64,000 bases of DNA, taken from the NCBI GenBank assembly GCA_951406725.2, contig OX597818.1:620001-684000 (forward strand), in the 5' to 3' direction. This DNA comes from Octopus vulgaris (taxonomy: Eukaryota). The notes under the pieces are model-generated. The model did not search any database, had not been told where the DNA came from, and saw only the letters and a list, made by a program, of their open reading frames with translations. The position numbers were made by a program, and so were the translations under genes. Below, one piece after another: positions 24,642 through 38,400 of the stretch (position 1 is its first letter; every line of letters starts with the position of its first letter).

Positions 24642-27313
24642 TATACATATGTATACACATACACACACACACACACAAAAGAAAAATGACAACAGAAAAG
24701 AAATTTTCTTTTGTCTATCAATTTTGTTGCCTCTTAGCGAAAGTTTAATTTCCTGTGACTGATATGAATCATACATTGTGAATGAGAATCACTAAGGACA
24801 AAGGGTTGTGACAAGATATTTCATAAAAAATGATGGAATACCCTCAATGGAACAATGACAGGAATTATTTAAAGTTTAAATAAAATGTGTGTCAATGGAT
24901 TGAATTGATGAATATGGCTGGCAAAAAGATTTCTAGTTGGTTCTCAGCAATATAATGATCAAAGTATAAAATGTAGGATGTTACTCAACAGAAGACAGAG
25001 AAATCAATAATACAAACTTTTAAACCCAGGCTATTTGATTACTTTATTTACCTGCTGACATTAAAGAGGAGATATTAAGAGACAACCTACTTTTAGCAAC
25101 TATTTACCAGCATGTTATTAGAAGAATTTTTTTTTCCTTTGATAACTATAATGGTTATGAAAATTTGAATATTTATATTCTTTTATTTTTTAAAGGGTTT
25201 CAGCCACTGGACTATGACATAGCCTTCAAAAATTTTAGCTGATCAAATCAAATCCAGAATTTATTTTAGTTGGACACATATTTTATCTATATTTATGAAC
25301 AGCTATTGTAAAAGCATCCCTTTTGATGACTAACTGTTAAGCAGAGAGACAGCTATTGTGCACGCATGTGCGTGTGTATCAGTTGTCAATTGTAAGTTGA
25401 CATTGACTGTTCTTGTTCAGTAATCATCTCCAGCAGGCTCACTTATGGGCTACAAGGCCTGTTCTTGATCTGCAGCAGTGATGACATCTGCTGCAAGTGG
25501 AGCTACTTGACAACGGAAAAGTGATGCTTCTCATGTGTTTTTTCATATTCTCTCAGTTGTTTCTACTCAATGTCTGGAATTACGGATGTCAGTGATTGGC
25601 TCTATAATTGGAGACATTTACCCAAGGTACCACACAGTGTGACTGAGCTCGAGACAATGTCGGTTCAATGCCAGTGTAATTATTGTAGACATTACTGCCA
25701 GAATTTGTAATTTGACTCATCTATATCATCAACCAGATGTTTGGAAATTTTGTAACTATAAATGTGTAATCCACAAATGATTTTCCTACCCAGTTTTGTA
25801 TTGTGTTGTGTAGTGTATAGTGAGCTGGTAGGAAAGTAGCCAAATCATGGAACAGGCAATCTTAAAGTTTACAACTTTCATGTTTACCATCAAATTTATA
25901 AATCTCATTGGTCAACCTCTTACAGTGCTGGAGCTACAAAAACTGCACCTAGTACACTCTCTAATGTGCTTGGTGTTAGGCAGGGTATCTAGCTGGGTAA
26001 ACAACATAAAAATGAAATATCAGAGAATGATATGTCCCTTTAATCCATTGTAGCAAGTGAAACTACCTTACCCATGCTAGCATGAATAATAGATGTATGA
26101 TGATAATGATGACATTATATTGTACATCACAGGAACTAGCCATTCATTCTTAAGAGTTTTGAAATGGAATAAAGATCTAGAGGTGTTGAACTTCCTAATG
26201 GTCCTTTTGAACTACAACAATCCTGATTATTATATTACTCAACTTGGTGAAACTTAAGTAACAGTTGTAACCCACCTGAAAACTTTATTAAGTAACACAC
26301 ACACACAGAGAAACCTTTTGATAGCTGTGGCTAATTGTCTGCAATGTCCAAACATTAGGCTCTTTTGTGTATAATTCAAAATGTGTAGAATACAAAACTG
26401 TATAGCAATAGAGGTATGTTTGGACATGAACAATAACTACCGTAGGAATTAAAGTTTTGAATAACAGTAGTTACTTCAGTGTGTTTCTGAAGTTACTTTA
26501 ATCATAACATAATAACATTGGTAACAACTATTGTAAGTTTGCAATTAAACAGGAAACACCATCTAATACATCGCAGAAGAATTGCTGCAACAGTTTAAGC
26601 ATTAATGTGTAGTTAAGAAACCTATTTTGTAATCACATAGTTCTGGTTACCATTCAACAGTGCAGCATCTTGAGTAAACACAAGCAGTCCAAGTGAAACC
26701 AGACAGACAGAAACTATATAGATGTCTTTAACTTTTTTGTTGTTGTTTTTTTTTGGGGGGTGGGAGCAGGTGGAGGATAGACTTATTGATTATCACCTGA
26801 CTTCAACACTAGATCTTTGGATACCTTAAACAGAGTTCACTCTGTCAAAGGTAGCCAAGGTTAAAGGTTAACTGTAATACAGTTAGAAACATTCAAAGCA
26901 GGTCTTTGATCTGAGGATACTGTAATATCCTGATACAGTGTTTCCTACAGTAGTAAGAAGTAGAGTTGATTTTATTGACCCCAGCAGTGGAAAAGTGCTC
27001 ATTCTGTCAACCATTGAAGGATGAAAAACAAAGTTGGCTTCAGTAAGATTTGAACTCAGAATGTAAAAACACATAAATACCACAGCATTTTGTTCACCAC
27101 TCTACTGATTGCATGAAAGCAGATGCAACGCAAAAGGAGAATGAGGAGAGGTGGAACGCCACTGCCTTTGTACATTGGTTGACCTTTTAGTGCTGAATTA
27201 AACTGTCAGCCCAGAAAGAATGTTCAACATTTTCTATGCACCATGCACAGACTAATGAGTTTGTCCTCCTCCTACTGCAGCTAACAGCAAATATCAAAAG
27301 GAACAATAGACAC

Positions 27314-27364
<51 letters not shown>

Positions 27365-27920
27365 AACATTCCACTACAAGCTACACTTTGCTTGCTTATG
27401 GTTGTCCATTACATCCAATGATAATTATCTCCTTTATTTTGAATCCTTTGATCACCATACACCCCAATCCCTGATGTGCAGCTTTTCCAATTCAGGCAAA
27501 ACAAGTCTAGGTGCATTGTTTCTCACTTCTGGTAGTTGTGAGGGTGTTTCTCCCTCATATATATTATTCAATCCTTTTTTAAAAGTGAAACAAGTCTTGA
27601 AACATTCCCGTAGCTCCCCTTTAATGTGGTCTTCATCTGTTTTTTTAACTGTTTTGCTAGTTCACTAACCAGGTCATGATGTAGCTGACTGCAATTGTAG
27701 AGTATCTTGCCAAGAGAAGCATAAGTCAAAGAGGCGCACTATACACACACACACACACACAAATGTGTGTGTGTGTGCATGCAGAGTGCTTGTCTAACTT
27801 GTGTCTCCTGACAGGATCCTCTGCAACTAGACACTTACACTATGGTCAATGTCTGACTGGTAGACTAAAATACCATTGAAATTAGTGACCCAGCATTGAC
27901 AGAAAATAATAAAAATTCCT

Positions 27921-28420
27921 CATCGTTATTATTACGTCCATTTTTCCATGCTTGCATGGGTTTGATAGATCCTTCCCCACAGTATTTTTGCCATCCTTTA
28001 AGTTCTTATCATCTCTTGTATCAGGCGCAAAATCCTAAAATCAACTTTTACCAATTATGTTCATATCTTCCTTGGTTTCCTCTTCCAGCTTCCTTTCCCT
28101 TGAATATCCTAAAATTTAATTTTATCCCTCTCTCATCCTCCATATACATCACATGTCCATACAAACACGATGTTCATTTTTCCCCCCCGCTTCTACTGTT
28201 TCCCCTTTTACACAGTTTATCTCTCAGTTCATCCCTCCACACTAACATTACACATACAGCAGTGTATATTTGTTTTATATCACTCCAACCTTCACCACAC
28301 ATCCTCTATATTCAGTGCCCACATCCCACTACCATGTATCACAGCACTTTGTACACAAGCAACATACACTCTACCCTTTGCTCAAAAAGGGAATACTCTT
28401 GTTGCTGGCAAACGTAATAG
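27921..28420 (-). mobile_element. Old RTE-type LINE 3' remnant
   Basis: Tail similar to cgtcc..tttccatgct.gcatgggtt, and a G.G.PRK-like segment (cttccttggtttcctcttcc). Confidence 0.55.
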
Positions 28421-28789
28421 TTCCTTGACATACATACACACATGTATACATGCATATGTATATATCTGAGTTTACGGAATGCAGAGATGGTATTTATATA
28501 TCACCTGAGGAAACAAGAACTCATAATGCAGGGAAAATGGTTACATCACCAAATACTTGTGAACTTAGAGAACTATGTCGCATGGAAACACTTGTGGTGA
28601 GTACAAATAAATGTTTCTCTGTACTCCTTGTTGACTCTAACTTATTCAACTATATATTTACACACTACAGTAGCACCAATGCAAATCTGGTAGTAGGTAT
28701 AATACTACTACTGGATAGCACTGGGTGAAATCTGAAGGTGGATTAGCTTTATACTGTACTCTACTACATTCTTAACAGAATATAACCTT

Positions 28790-28837
<48 letters not shown>

Positions 28838-28842
<5 letters not shown>

Positions 28843-29010
28843 CAGGTGGCACGTAAAAAGCACCCACTACACTCACGGAGTGGTTGGCGTTAGGAAGGGC
28901 ATCCAGCCGTAGAAACACTGCCAGATCTGACTGGGCCTGACGAAGCCTTCCAGCTTCACAGACCCCAGTTGAACCGTCCAACCCATGCTAGCATGGAAAG
29001 CGGACGCTAA

Positions 29011-29042
<32 letters not shown>
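28838..29042 (+). mobile_element. 5'-truncated RTE LINE tail ending in (GAT)n; a minus-strand copy lies at about 31598-31717
   Basis: Near-identical to 47107-47307. Confidence 0.88.
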
Positions 29043-29173
29043 ATATATATAGTAACTTCTATGCTGGAGTGAGACAGCATGTTCTTTGTCTATCTCTTAA
29101 CTTCTTGGAGATTTTAGGCATAATTATACTTATGCGTCCATCTGTTCTAATTTAATTAAATTTTATGTCTTTG

Positions 29174-29260
29174 TGCAACTGAAGATTGCCCTGCATTTTA
29201 AATTGATGTAATGATTGATTTGTTCTATTAAATGGAGCTGCATGAAACGATCGTACTGCA
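29174..29260 (+). ncRNA. Slightly decayed type I hammerhead motif with a long loop II, within a TA-flanked block (about 29052-29373)
   Basis: tgca(a)-CTGAAGA-(t)tgc..about 50 nt..gca(t)-GAAA-cgatcg-TA-(c)tgca; palindromic stem III ACGATCGT; GUA triplet; one mismatch next to the core in each of stems I and II. Confidence 0.6.
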
Positions 29261-29369
29261 TTACCTCTGGATATCCTTGTTGCTTATTTTGATTTTAATC
29301 ACCTTACTTTGAAATTGTATGGATAATACCGCACTAAATTCTGGTGCCTCAACTTACATACCATATTCA

Positions 29370-29409
<40 letters not shown>

Positions 29410-29534
29410 AAACGGACGCTAAACGATGATGATGATGATGATGATATAGATATATACAAACAAGAAAAAACAATAACGCGAGGACATGGTACAAGTACTG
29501 TATTATCAGATGCTCAGGAAAGGAAGGAAAGAGG

Positions 29535-29569
29535 ATTTAACGTTTCGAGCCTTGCTCTTCTTCAGAAAT
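29535..29569 (-). ncRNA. Minimal type I hammerhead motif in a solo PLE pseudo-LTR fragment (about 29455-29640)
   Basis: Minus strand: attt-CTGAAGA-a-gagc-aag-gctc-GAAA-cg-TT-aaat; homologous to 15067-15101. Confidence 0.7.
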
Positions 29570-29642
29570 TGAGAAAAGTCCAAAGGAAGGGAAGAGAGAG
29601 AAAGAAAATCATGAACGATACACATGTGGTTACATTTTAAAA

Positions 29643-29693
<51 letters not shown>

Positions 29694-31109
29694 ATGTATA
29701 CACACACATAAACACACGACACACATTATTCAATGAATTCTTCCTACTTTTAAGTTGGTATGATATGAGGGAGTTTTGTTTGCTATTTCTAGCTGGTGAT
29801 TAGGTTGAGGCTGACAAGGACGTCCTTTAGTTATCAATGGTGAAGATAATGAAGTGATTGTGTAGGTACATATATTTTAGCCTCAGGTCACTCCCATTAA
29901 ACAAACCCATCATCATGTATATATCAAAGAAATATTCAGGAATGCTCACACCCAAATGTAAAGTAATTTCTGAACATGGCAGTTATGTTTCACCTCTTAA
30001 TGGAGGTGAAGGAAATAAAGAAAAAAAAATTAATCTGAAGTATAACTACTACTTATATTATTAATATTTTCTTATCAAGGAGAAAGCTTAGATATCAAGA
30101 ACAGAAAGGTGGAGAAAGAACACAGATTTATGATTTAAAAAATATAGTTTTAATCCTATAGAAAAGCCAGCGACAAATCTAAAGATAAGAGTTTAAATCT
30201 GAGTAAGATTTAGAGGAATATAAAAACATCTTTCCTTATTTTTGTTAGATAATTTAGATAAACAGGAATCCCTTGACTAAGCTGCATTAATCTAGGCAAT
30301 TTGGAACCCTAGTTTTACATAAATGCTCTTCTTCATTTCTCTCTTCTTTCCCATCTCCTAAATCCACACTTGCTCCTCTTTGATGAGCAACATCATTTAC
30401 TCTGTAACTTAGACTCACGGGTACATAGATGAAACTCTACAAGTGTGCAATGGTGGGGTTGGTTTGTTAGCCTTAGAGCAAGATAAATCAAGAGAGGATC
30501 TGAAATACTAGAAACATAATTTTGATTTTCTTTTTAATTAATCTGGTCAATATGCAAAATGTTGTTCACTCCCAATAAAAGTAAAATTTTCTGGAAATTG
30601 GATTGATGCATTGCCATTGGTGAACACCAATGGCTTGTTTGGCTTGGATGAGTACATATCTGTGTCATATTTAGAGTTAGCATCATTGTAAGCTGAGGAG
30701 TAAAGTATAGACATGGCAAGTAGAGAAAGAGAGAGAGAGAGAAAGAGTGTGTGAAAGAGTGTGTGAGAGAGTGAGTGAGTGAGTGTGTGTGAGAGTGAGT
30801 GAGTGATTGTGTGTGTGTGTATCTCTGTGTGTCCACGCATGCCTGCAGAGTGCTTGCCTGACTTGCATCTCTCCTGATAAGATACTGGAAGGTTTCTTGT
30901 GACACTGAAATTGAATTTTTATAAGGGTGCTCTTACTAGAATAATTATCTTCTAAATTCTGGAGTCAGTCAGATTGTCTGAGGATAATGGAAGAGGTCTG
31001 ACTGACTTACCTCATAAGGGACACTGCAGTCATACTTTTTGATTTCGGGGATAAACAGACTGAGGAAAAGATCCATTGCGAGGCAATTACATTTTCCAAC
31101 TCATCATAT

Positions 31110-31335
31110 TTAACACTTTAGCATTCAGATTACTCAGTCAAATGTAATATTTATTTTCATTGTTTTGAATCAATTATGTGTTATGTTGCAGATTAGTGAG
31201 ATTTCAATGATGATATGGTTTAGTTTAAGAATGGCATTGTAGGGTTGGTGAGAGAGGCTGTATCTGGCCAATTTCAACATAAAACGGTTTAAGCATTTTG
31301 GCCAGAAATGGACAGTTAGAATGCTAAAGAGTTGA
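31110..31335. mobile_element. TTAA-type MITE
   Basis: Inverted termini ttaa-cactttagcattc...gaatgctaaagag-ttga. Confidence 0.6.
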
Positions 31336-31924
31336 GACATTTAAGGATCTAAGACACTAACTCCTCACTGAAGAATTAACTGAGGCTCATGAGAGTGAGT
31401 GGCTGTTGCAGGGTCTGAAACTCATAATTATTTGCAATAAAGCTACAAATAATTTGGATTATTGCTGTTGATATTTTAATATATGAAGAACTAAAACTAT
31501 TTTACCTTGAGAATAAAAATTGAAATATTCTTTAAAATACATTTTATGGCAAGTTATGATAGACAATAAGGCCAAATATTAATGTTACTTTTATATCTAT
31601 CATCATTTAACGTCCGCTTTCCATGCTAGCATGGGTTGGACGGTCCAAATGGGGTCTGTGAAGCCAGAAGGCTGCTTCAGGCCCAGTCTGATCTGGCAGT
31701 GTTTCTACGGCTGGATGTAAAATATGTAAAATAATATTGGACTATATGGCTAATCCATATATGAATTGTTAATATAGTAAAGCATATATATATAGTTATG
31801 GTATATTCTGTTAAGAACATAGTAGAGTACTGTATAAAGCTTGTCCACCTTCAGATCTCACCTTGTGCTATCCAGTAGAAGGATTATACATACTTCCAGG
31901 TTTGTGTTTGGGCTTCTGTCATAT

Positions 31925-32169
31925 TTGGCCATTTATTTTCAATCACTACAATTGTTTCTGTGCAATATAGTTCTCCAGGCATGCAGGTACTTGATTATGC
32001 AACTGCTTCCCTGCATTATGAGATCTAGTTGTGATTCCTCAGGCAATATGTAAATATTTACACATCACAAAATCTCAATGTAGGGAGGTGATTGCATAAT
32101 CAAGTACCTGCACACCTGGAGAACTAAGTTGCATGGAAGCAATTGTAGTGGTTGAAAATAAATGTCCAA
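31925..32169. repeat. Imperfect inverted repeat (foldback or MITE-like) with arms of about 105-110 bp
   Basis: ttggccatttattttcaatcactacaattg..gcaggtacttgattatgcaa pairs with ttgcataatcaagtacctgc..caattgtagtggttgaaaataaatgtccaa. Confidence 0.9.
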
Positions 32170-32189
32170 CCGTACTTTTGTTGACTCAA

Positions 32190-32223
<34 letters not shown>

Positions 32224-34269
32224 TACTATTTGTCCAGCTAAACATCATCACAGCTAAACAAGCAGTTGAAAGGTAAAGTTGAATTTGACAGAATTTAAAG
32301 TCAGAATGAAACAAACTAAATATCACTCTGCAAATTCTTCTGATCTATGACCCCTTTTTATGTAATAATACTAATAAAAGTAGTTTATTTAGTTCCTTCA
32401 CTTTTTCTTCCTTATTACTAAGCTTCAACAATTTCAGTATAATGTCAACAGTTGTGACATTATACAACCATGATGCTGCTACATTAGTAATATATTGGGA
32501 GATGTCTACAATACCATCCTCTCTTCTGACTAACTACATAAACAAGAAGATAATCTTCCACTCTGAGAGAATCCTGACTCACAATGTAGGAAACTAGGTT
32601 TCATGTGATGATGGTAAGTTGGTGGGGTTAGTTATTGCTAGATTAATTTCACCACTCCCCATGTCACAAGAAACACTTTAGTTAAAAGTGGTATGGCTTT
32701 TAATAGCCAAAGTCAGAATGTCAGGAGACAAAATGAGATTTTACATAAATACTTGCTACTGTTGAATAACATCGCTCAACTCTAAACATATGCATGGCAG
32801 TAGTTTTATTAATTTAAATATTACTGCTACATTAAATATTACTGCTACCTGTGAAACAAAATTTGAATAAATAAATAGCACTAGCAGTTAATTTTTGAAA
32901 TAGGATAATTAAATAAGAACTTGAATTTTTTTTAAGAAATGCAGAATAAATATTTAAAAATAAAATTAAGAGTATTTTTTTCTCAATCCTATCATAAGGT
33001 GACTGTAGTATCTAATTTCTAATATTTAAATTAACTGTGTTAATATCAGATCACTTGATACTACCTCTGGTTCTTTGATACAAAATTATTCAATTAAAGG
33101 GTTTCTATCTAAATTAAAATCTTCCATGTAAAAATCTTTAGTTATATTCCAGATGTGATGGGCCAGTGGGCTATGTTTCAAAAGTGAGAAGAAAGGAGAG
33201 AAGGATAAGTTTGAGGTGGATGTAACGAAGTGAAGTGGTAAAGGGTTAGTAAATATTAAAAGGAAGGGTAAGAATGATTAGTGTAAGGTGGTTAGCTAAG
33301 TAGAGGGTTGGTAACTTTACAACAAATGTCATTCAGAGAGAGGAATTCGACTGACCATGACACATGCGCACACAAAATTTATATACTGTCTATATTTTTC
33401 AACAGCACTTCTCTCTCCCACTCTTTATCTGTCACTCAACACTCACACATACCCACACACAGACATGCAACCACTAAACTAAGCTAAGACAGTGGCAGGC
33501 AATCTGTGTATGATTGTGTGTGTGCATGTGTAAAGGGATAGATGTGTGTGTGCATTTATGCATGTATGCATATTATTTGTGCATGTATACATACAAGTAT
33601 GTATAACAGTTTATATGTGTGTATTAATCAGTAAAAGCTACAGAGTGACTCAAGAACTGAGTTTTGTGCATTAGTACAAGTCACTATAATTTCTGCGGAG
33701 TAATAAAAAGCATAATATACAAACTCATATTCTCATTTCAATTTTCCTGTTTGTACCACTAAAATTGCACACACACACAAACGAATGACACCATTTTTGA
33801 GCAAAAAGCCATTACAGAGAAAAGATTCACAATTTTAAAGATCTATTCTATATAGTGATGTTCAAAATGGAAGCAAATTATCACAAGAAAAACGAACCAA
33901 GCACAATGTTAGAACTTATTTTAAAATGTCAATAGATGCTTCATGGAAGAAATTCTTATGTTAGAAGGCTTTCTGTATGCTTTAAAATGTACTTCAACTC
34001 TGGACTTTCAAGTTATCAAACTTGACAAACTTGACTCATAGGAGAACATAGCAAATGAGACACTGATTTGGAGTATTACGACAACGATATCAAGTTCATA
34101 AATGAAACTCATTATTCACTTGATGCTTCTATTTATATTATCTATATTGTAAAGAGGAGTCCAAGAGGAATGAAAATAAAATTATAAACAAAATTCAAAA
34201 TTTATACACTTTTAACACATATTAAACGTGATAAACATAAATAAAAGCAAGTTTTAAAAAACATGCATC

Positions 34270-34311
34270 TGATTTCACTCAAATCATCATTAATTCTGGG
34301 ACACCCTGTAT
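34270..34311. mobile_element. Probable Tc1/mariner terminal inverted repeat end
   Basis: ttaattctgggacaccctg-ta is the reverse complement of TA-CAGGGTGTCCC. The partner end was not clearly found. Confidence 0.4.
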
Positions 34312-35124
34312 TTACTCATCCAACTAAACAGGGGAAGGAACACGGGGGAGGACTAATTGCAAGTGGCAAGTATAGCTTCCAGAAGTGGTCACGCGGTCAA
34401 ACTCAAATGGCTGTGAGTTCTAACAGCAGTTTGTTTTTTTTGTTTGAACATTTTGCATTATATAGTTCAGACATGGATGACATAGAAAGCAGACATACTG
34501 CCGGGCCATGCTGCGTTGCACAGGATTGGAAATGTGAAACATCAACAGGGAACTTCTGGAGAATGGATGAATGGGTTTGTTGTGTCTTTACCCAGCCACA
34601 CACACATGCGAGATGATAACATGGAACATCAACAGGGCACCAACAAAAATCTTCATGTTCTTTTCATTTCCTCTGCCAAATTGGACAAAAAGGTTTCCAT
34701 GAAATATTATACGCTACTTATAATGTGTACGTAGTGTCAATATTTTATCAGCAGAAAATGGTCTAAAACAAAGATAAAACCCAGTGCAGTATACTCAAAT
34801 CTGATTAATCTGCATTTTGGGGGGACCCATAGTCAGCATCAGAAATTTTTTGTAGTCAACAACAATTCGAGGAGCCTGATTAATGCTTGTTGCAAATTTA
34901 GAGGAAAGCAACTAGATGCTCTTCAAGTTACAGACCTTAACGCCACAAAAATACTTTTAAAATGCAGTTTATCTGTTCCTGGGCCCACATTAGGCAAGAA
35001 GTTGAACATTTTTTTTACCCATGACACTCCATGGACCCTATGTAATGCACATGTAAAATTCCATTCAAATCAATTGGGTGGATCTCGGGTTTTAACAACA
35101 TAACACACAGATACACATCCTGTG

Positions 35125-35170
<46 letters not shown>

Positions 35171-35324
35171 TTGAACTACAAGTTTTTCACAAATTTAAAT
35201 ATTCATTGCATTCACTATGAAGTAGGTTTTAATTTTTAATAAACAATATTAATTCATTAGACAAAATTTTATGTTTATATTTGCAACAGTCTCTCACTAT
35301 CTCTCACCTCTATTTTCATTGGTG

Positions 35325-35442
35325 ATAATTACCTCAGCCTTAGCAAAGGCAGAGATGTTGTTTTCAGTCATGTATGTTTGTTTGTTTGTCCATGGACAAG
35401 ATAACTCAAGAACCACTGGATGGATTCAGATGAAACTTTCTA
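35325..35442 (+). mobile_element. 5' part of a Helentron-associated (DINE-1/HINE-like) element
   Basis: ttacctc.gcctt..aaggc.gag short inverted repeat, (GTTT)n, then gataactcaagaaccactggatggatt..atgaaactt. Confidence 0.55.
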
Positions 35443-38400
35443 CTTCACCAAGTTTCTGAATTTGTTATAATAATTAGAAAAACATTTTTTTTTCCAGATA
35501 TATTTGTGAGTGTTGTGAGTGCTGTCAAATCAGCCAAATCTTCATGTTGGTTATAAAAACCAAAATTATATTTCAGCACATAAGTAGTGATAATTGTTAA
35601 TGCTGTTTAAACCACAACTCTCCGTGATGAAAAGTAAAATCCAAACAGTGGTACTTCAAAGTTTGTTCAATGTCCAGGCCACAACTAAACGAAACTCTTT
35701 CAAAATCGGCGCGTTTCACTGTTGGGCGGTACAGTCATATACATATACTAAGACAGATACACACAGACATACATTCACACATACCTCATGCCTATCTGTC
35801 TCCCTCTATGTGTCTATCTGTGTCTTTAGATGTGTGTGTGTGTGTCAGTCGTCACAAAAGTGTATGTATACTGACACACTGACAGACACTCATATAGAAA
35901 ACGTGACGTTGTCATCGTGGTATAAATGTCGTTTACGATAATTGACTTAGAGAAAAATTATAATCTTAAATTTTTGTAATGCAAATATGTAAATGAAAAT
36001 GAAGTTTATTTGGTAGCTGAAAAGATTACTGAATCTTTTGATAACTCATTCGTCAAAATTGGCAACTCAGTTTTCAAATCTGTAAGGAACATATGCACGC
36101 ACACGCACACTCTCTTTTATATATTAAGATAAATAAAATGACTCCAAAACTTTGCGGGGTGTTTTTCCAAAAGTTTAATAAATTGCTTTCTGAAGTTATC
36201 ATTAATGAGTCTTCCACTTGAATAATGCCAGGTATTTCAGCTAGCAACTAGTTTAACACAAGTTTAATATAACTAATAAATGGTGAAGTTAGTTTGGGAA
36301 ATCTCTTCAAATTCTTTATTATTTTAAACTAAATTGAAACAACACATGCAATCAAAATATTCTTATAGCATTAACAGTTCAGTTGCAAAGGGATGAATCA
36401 TTTAGGAATAGACTTTCTTATTAAAGATTCAAGTTCATCTATTTCTGGCACTTCACTGTGGCTTTAGTAAAGACAATCCTCACTAAGTTTCTCTGTATAT
36501 GGGCACTACTGTAAGTAGTGATAATATGAAATACTGGGTTTCAAACCTTCCATGATTGGATTAGAAAATAGGAAGAAACTCCAGTGGCATTATAAGTAAT
36601 CATCAGAGCAATAGAGAGATGGGTAGATGGGCTCCAGAGACAATTCAGTTGGTATTACCAATACATTAAGTACAAACAGAGTATCACAACTTCCCTTTAA
36701 CTTAACATTAAGATTTAATATTTACTAGAAAAACAGCAAACTTCAAGCAATATTAGTTATGCTACTACAGATTGGGTATTTGCTTTTAAAAGAACATTTA
36801 GCTATATATATTATTTCACACAAAGTCAAAGTTAAAATTTCAGGAATTATTCATTGGCAACAAAATATAGAAATTGAAACAAAGTTACATTTGATATTGT
36901 AAATATCAACATGAGATAGAAAATTGAAGCAGGTTTTCTGTCAGGGCTAAAACCATAAATTTATTGATTGCCAAAAGACCATGTTGTCAATGATGATACA
37001 AAACCAGGAGCTAAACTTCATAATCAAACATTTTACACATAAATCCTTGATGTTTACTACTTCTATTTTTTATTTTATTTTTTTTATTTATTTATTCATG
37101 ACATACGTTAACAGAACAAGCTATTTGAAGGTAAATGAAAGGGACATGATAAAGAATTTCATCTAGCATAAGAATTTAGGAAACTTATAGAGTAATTAAA
37201 TACTTTGTGAATGGAATTGGCAAAATTTAGCCCCCTCTATAGTAGATTATCTTTCTTCAAAGACAGCAGCAATTTGGCAAAATACTGAAACTCTGCTATC
37301 AAGTGAGAAAGATATGAAGATGTTAAAGCATAAAGTAGTACAGTTATCTCAAGATAACAAACTTAAGACCTTATGCTTAACAGATAATTTCCCCTCTTGC
37401 TGTTAATTTCCCCTCTTACTTGTTGAGAGCTTTCGTATTCTGATGTGTTTATCATGTTGAATAGAGAAACTAACACAATTTACATTGAAAATTAAAATAA
37501 ATACTTTTGCATTCATTTGTTATCAAATTTGGTCAATAAGGAACTGACCTGACCAGATCAAAATTTATTGATATTTTTAGTTATATTGATTCAATAACCA
37601 GCATAGAACAATTGAACAGCCTCGTGGTTTCAAGACAATTATGCTAATGTTTATTTCATTCTTAAATAATTCATATTGGTACTTTGGTACTTAAAGTTAT
37701 AAGCACATTTCTAAGTTTGCTACACATTGATAAGACACATGCACACACACATCAAGATAATGTGGACAGCCTCTATTTGGTTGCTCTATCTGTTAGAAAG
37801 AGCAGCCAAATCTCCCTCAAATTACATACTACCATCTTTAGAAAGGAAACCTGGATGATGAGGTTCTGGGTACACAATGCCAAGAAAAGGGATGGAATGA
37901 TTATATTCAAAATGTGTTTGATCATAGGTCAATAACATCATATTTAACCTGGGTTTAAACACACACACACTCTCTCTCTCTTTCTCTCTCACTATTGACA
38001 AGATGGAATTAGATGTTGACTTGTATACTTCGTTTAAGTCTGTAAAAAACAATATTAATTAATAATATCAATAATTAGAATACATAACATCTTATGGTTG
38101 GATATATACAAACAACATTCCACAACATTGGCTATTATTATTATCATTATTTGAACAAAATGCCTTGCAGGGATGTTCCAGCTCTTTGCATTCCGAATTA
38201 AAATCCAGTTGGGGGTCAACTGTGCTCTTTATCCTTTTGGGGAACACAAAAGACAGAACAAGTACTGGGGTCAATGTATAATCAACTCAACTCCTTCACC
38301 TAAAAATTCAGAGCTGATAAAATTAAGGATCACTCAAGTATTGTGGTTGAGTTAATCAACTGAACTCCTTCTGTTCAGTTAGTTGACTTTATGTCCTCTT

